Program-made: the position numbers and the translations under genes
Assembly: GCA_947624145.1 (NCBI GenBank)
Contig: CANQIU010000002.1
Coordinates: forward strand, 1 to 48,856
Direction of reading: 5' to 3'
Source: an uncultured Bacilli bacterium
GTDB lineage: Bacteria > Bacillota_I > Bacilli_A > RF39 > UBA660
DNA length: 48,856 bases
Notes under the pieces: model-generated
Seen by the model: only the letters and a program-made list of their open reading frames with translations
Told to the model about the DNA's origin: nothing
Databases searched by the model: none
Shown here: piece after piece, positions 46,912-48,856 of the stretch
Position numbering within the stretch: position 1 is the stretch's first letter
Layout: every line of letters begins with the position of its first letter

Positions 46912-46932
46912 AAGCATTATTTATGTTAAGAT
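46904..46932 (+). promoter_or_regulatory. candidate sigma-A promoter of the ATPase gene; the -35 lies inside the last degenerate repeat
   Basis: TTGATT (46904-46909), a 17-bp spacer, then TGtTAAGAT (46924-46932). Confidence 0.55.
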
Positions 46933-46955
46933 TACCTTAGCAAAGGGTGAGAAAG

Positions 46956-48251
46956 ATGCTAGAAAGAAAGATTTATCAAGAATTAATTGCTTGGAAAAAG
47001 CAAAATAATAAAAAGTGTTTAATGATTAAAGGCGCTAGACAAGTTGGTAAAACTTATATTATTGAAAAATTTTGTAAGGCTAACTATTCAAATTATTTTT
47101 ATATTAACTTTATTCTTAACTCCGAATATAATGCTATTTTTGATGGCAATTTAGATTTAGAATCAATTGTAAAAAAGTTATCCTTACAAATTCCGGAGTT
47201 TGATGCTAGCTTAAAAGATACGATTATCTTTTTAGATGAAATCCAAGCTTGTCCAGAGGCGATCACAGCTTTAAAAACATTAAGTAAAAATCCTTACTTT
47301 GATGTTATTACCTCAGGCTCTCTTTTAGGCATTAATTATAAAGAAGTACCATCCTATCCTGTAGGTTATGTCGATTATTTACAAATGTACTCTTTAGACT
47401 TTGAAGAATTTTGTTGGGCAAGTGGCATGACTAAAGAATCAATTGGTTATTTAAAAGAATATTTTGAAAATAAAAAGATCGTACCGGAAGTAACTCATAA
47501 AAAAATGCTAGATTTATTTAAAGAATATATTGTTGTCGGAGGTATGCCGGAAGTTGTTAATGATTTTATAATTAATCATGATTTTAATCGGGTTTTAAAG
47601 CTGCAAAGAAATATTATAAATGACTATAAAGCTGATATGATAAAATATGCATCGACAACTGCTAAAACTAAAATAATTGATTGTTTTTTATCTATTCCCA
47701 CTCAACTAGCGCAAGTTAATAAAAAGTTTAAGTATAGTTTAGTTCAAAAAAATGGTAAGTCGGAAAAATATCGTAGTAGTCTTATTTGGTTAAATGATGC
47801 TAATATAACTAATTTTTGTTATAACTTATCTAATTTAGAATTTCCTTTAGAAGGAAATACTCGTTTAGATGTCTTTAAAGTTTATATGGCCGATACGGGG
47901 CTTTTAATGGCGATGTTAGAAGATGGCAGTCAAAAAGAAATTATAAATGGCAATCTAGGTATTTATAAAGGAGCTATATTTGAAAATATTATTGCCGATT
48001 GTTTTACTAAGTTAGGAAAAAAACTTTATTATTTTGAATATAATTCCACATTAGAAATCGACTTTATTATTCGTTATCAAGACACATTAACGGCAGTTGA
48101 AGTTAAATCTGCCGATAATACAAAATCTAAATCCTTAACATCAGTTATGACTAATTGGCATGTTCCTCAAGGAATTAAATTATCTACTAAGAATATTGGT
48201 TATAAAGATAATGTATATAATTATCCTTTATATATGGTAATGTTTTTATAA
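46956..48251 (+). CDS. AAA-type ATPase with a DUF4143-like C-terminal PD-(D/E)xK-like module
   Basis: Walker A (IKGARQVGKTY), Walker B-like (IIFLDEIQ), and C-terminal LEIDFII...AVEVKS (D...ExK). This architecture is typical of proteins annotated ATP-binding protein/DUF4143. GGGTGAG RBS precedes the ATG at 46956. Confidence 0.72.
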   Translation: MLERKIYQELIAWKKQNNKKCLMIKGARQVGKTYIIEKFCKANYSNYFYINFILNSEYNAIFDGNLDLESIVKKLSLQIPEFDASLKDTIIFLDEIQACPEAITALKTLSKNPYFDVITSGSLLGINYKEVPSYPVGYVDYLQMYSLDFEEFCWASGMTKESIGYLKEYFENKKIVPEVTHKKMLDLFKEYIVVGGMPEVVNDFIINHDFNRVLKLQRNIINDYKADMIKYASTTAKTKIIDCFLSIPTQLAQVNKKFKYSLVQKNGKSEKYRSSLIWLNDANITNFCYNLSNLEFPLEGNTRLDVFKVYMADTGLLMAMLEDGSQKEIINGNLGIYKGAIFENIIADCFTKLGKKLYYFEYNSTLEIDFIIRYQDTLTAVEVKSADNTKSKSLTSVMTNWHVPQGIKLSTKNIGYKDNVYNYPLYMVMFL

Positions 48252-48253
48252 TT

Positions 48254-48484
48254 CTATTTAACAATAGATTTAGGATAAGGTTTCCTAATATCAGTTTTAC
48301 CAATTAAATAATCTACAGAAGTATTATAATAATTAGATAAAAGATATATCTTATCTAATGGTATTAAACGTATCCCAGTTTCATATCTACTATATTGAAC
48401 CTGGGATATATTTAATATTTTAGCAATATCTTCTTGCTTTAAATCTCTATCTTCTCTAATTTCTTTTAATCTACTTATATTCAT
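48254..48484 (-). CDS. XRE-family HTH transcriptional regulator
   Basis: 76 aa. LKEIREDRDLKQEDIAKILNISQVQYSRYETG.R.IPLDKIYLLSNYYNTSVDYLIG is the classical HTH_3 pattern. Confidence 0.8.
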   Translation of the reverse strand: MNISRLKEIREDRDLKQEDIAKILNISQVQYSRYETGIRLIPLDKIYLLSNYYNTSVDYLIGKTDIRKPYPKSIVK

Positions 48485-48538
48485 ATAATATATCCTCTTA
48501 TGAATATTTTTTCAAATCTCTTATTTATTAACTTGCTT

Positions 48539-48697
48539 TTATAACCAAATGGTTATAATTAAATAATTAGAATAAATATTATTGATACAATTAATATTGT
48601 AAATAATAAAGAAAGATAATATAATATTTATGTAGTCTATTATACTACATAAATATTAAAATTACATCTTGATTATTGGTTAAATAACCAGTATAAT
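48539..48697. promoter_or_regulatory. divergent control region with palindromes sharing the half-site TAACCA/TGGTTA, plus a strong + strand promoter
   Basis: TTATAACCA-AA-TGGTTATAA at 48539-48558. A 14-bp perfect inverted repeat, AATATTTATGTAGT/ACTACATAAATATT, at 48623-48657. TGGTTA-AA-TAACCA at 48677-48690 lies exactly in the 17-bp spacer between TTGATT (48669-48674) and TATAAT (48692-48697). Confidence 0.5.
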
Positions 48698-48775
48698 TTT
48701 ATTATACATCATAATAGATGTAATTAATTTTGCAATATTGGGTAATAATAAGATAAAAGGAAGGTAAAGAAGTAT

Positions 48776-48856
48776 ATGAAAGTTAAGAAGAAAGATTTTT
48801 ATTTTGTAATGATTGTAAGTATCTTACTAATCATGGTAGTAGGAGGGACATTTGCT
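48776..48856 (+). CDS. 5' end of a gene for a secreted or membrane-anchored protein (continues beyond the window)
   Basis: AAAGGAAGG RBS. MKVKKKDFYFVMIVSILLIMVVGGTFA is a basic head followed by a hydrophobic segment. Open to the window edge. Confidence 0.5.
   Translation, partial: MKVKKKDFYFVMIVSILLIMVVGGTFA

Noticed and set aside
1-48856. Mollicutes-type genetic code (TGA = Trp), suggested by the very low GC and the missing L30.
   Set aside because: All conserved proteins are full length under the standard code. Trp is encoded by TGG throughout. TGA acts as a genuine stop, for example at the M23 peptidase end at 37525-37527, which overlaps the next start.

Overview
AT-rich, low-GC Gram-positive (Bacillota-type) chromosome using the standard genetic code: TGA is used as a stop and Trp is encoded by TGG. 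Almost every core gene is on the + strand. In order, the window holds: (1) a glycolytic string, gap (5' partial)-pgk-tpiA ... gpmI, interrupted by three non-glycolytic genes including spo0A; (2) a small accessory islet; (3) a complete S10-spc-alpha ribosomal cluster, rpsJ to rplQ, with secY, adk, map, infA, rpmJ and rpoA, but no rpmD; (4) a junction with a small zinc-ribbon ORF and a solo DinJ/RelB-type gene; (5) a Bacillus-like origin-proximal series: soj-spo0J-DUF951-abgT-ychF, rpsF-ssb-rpsR, rplI-dnaB, an M23 peptidase, a YycJ-like MBL hydrolase, rlmH and ung; (6) a cell-wall cluster of three FemAB-family paralogs around a MOP-family flippase; (7) a DUF4143-type ATPase preceded by a 33-bp tandem repeat array. 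The minus-strand genes are nearly all accessory: Cro/C1 HTH proteins, an AbiEi-like gene, a DinJ-like gene, LemA and a phospholipase-C-like ORF. Items most worth follow-up: a 421-aa protein with a Gp49/HigB-like C-terminal module, translationally coupled to ung; the repeat array in front of the ATPase promoter; two toxin-less antitoxin-type genes, one with a 15-bp perfect inverted repeat upstream; five phased 0A-box-like sites before spo0A; a LamG surface-protein gene whose start depends on an A5 tract; and palindromic operators upstream of the zinc-ribbon ORF. All functional calls come from reading motifs by eye; no database search was run.
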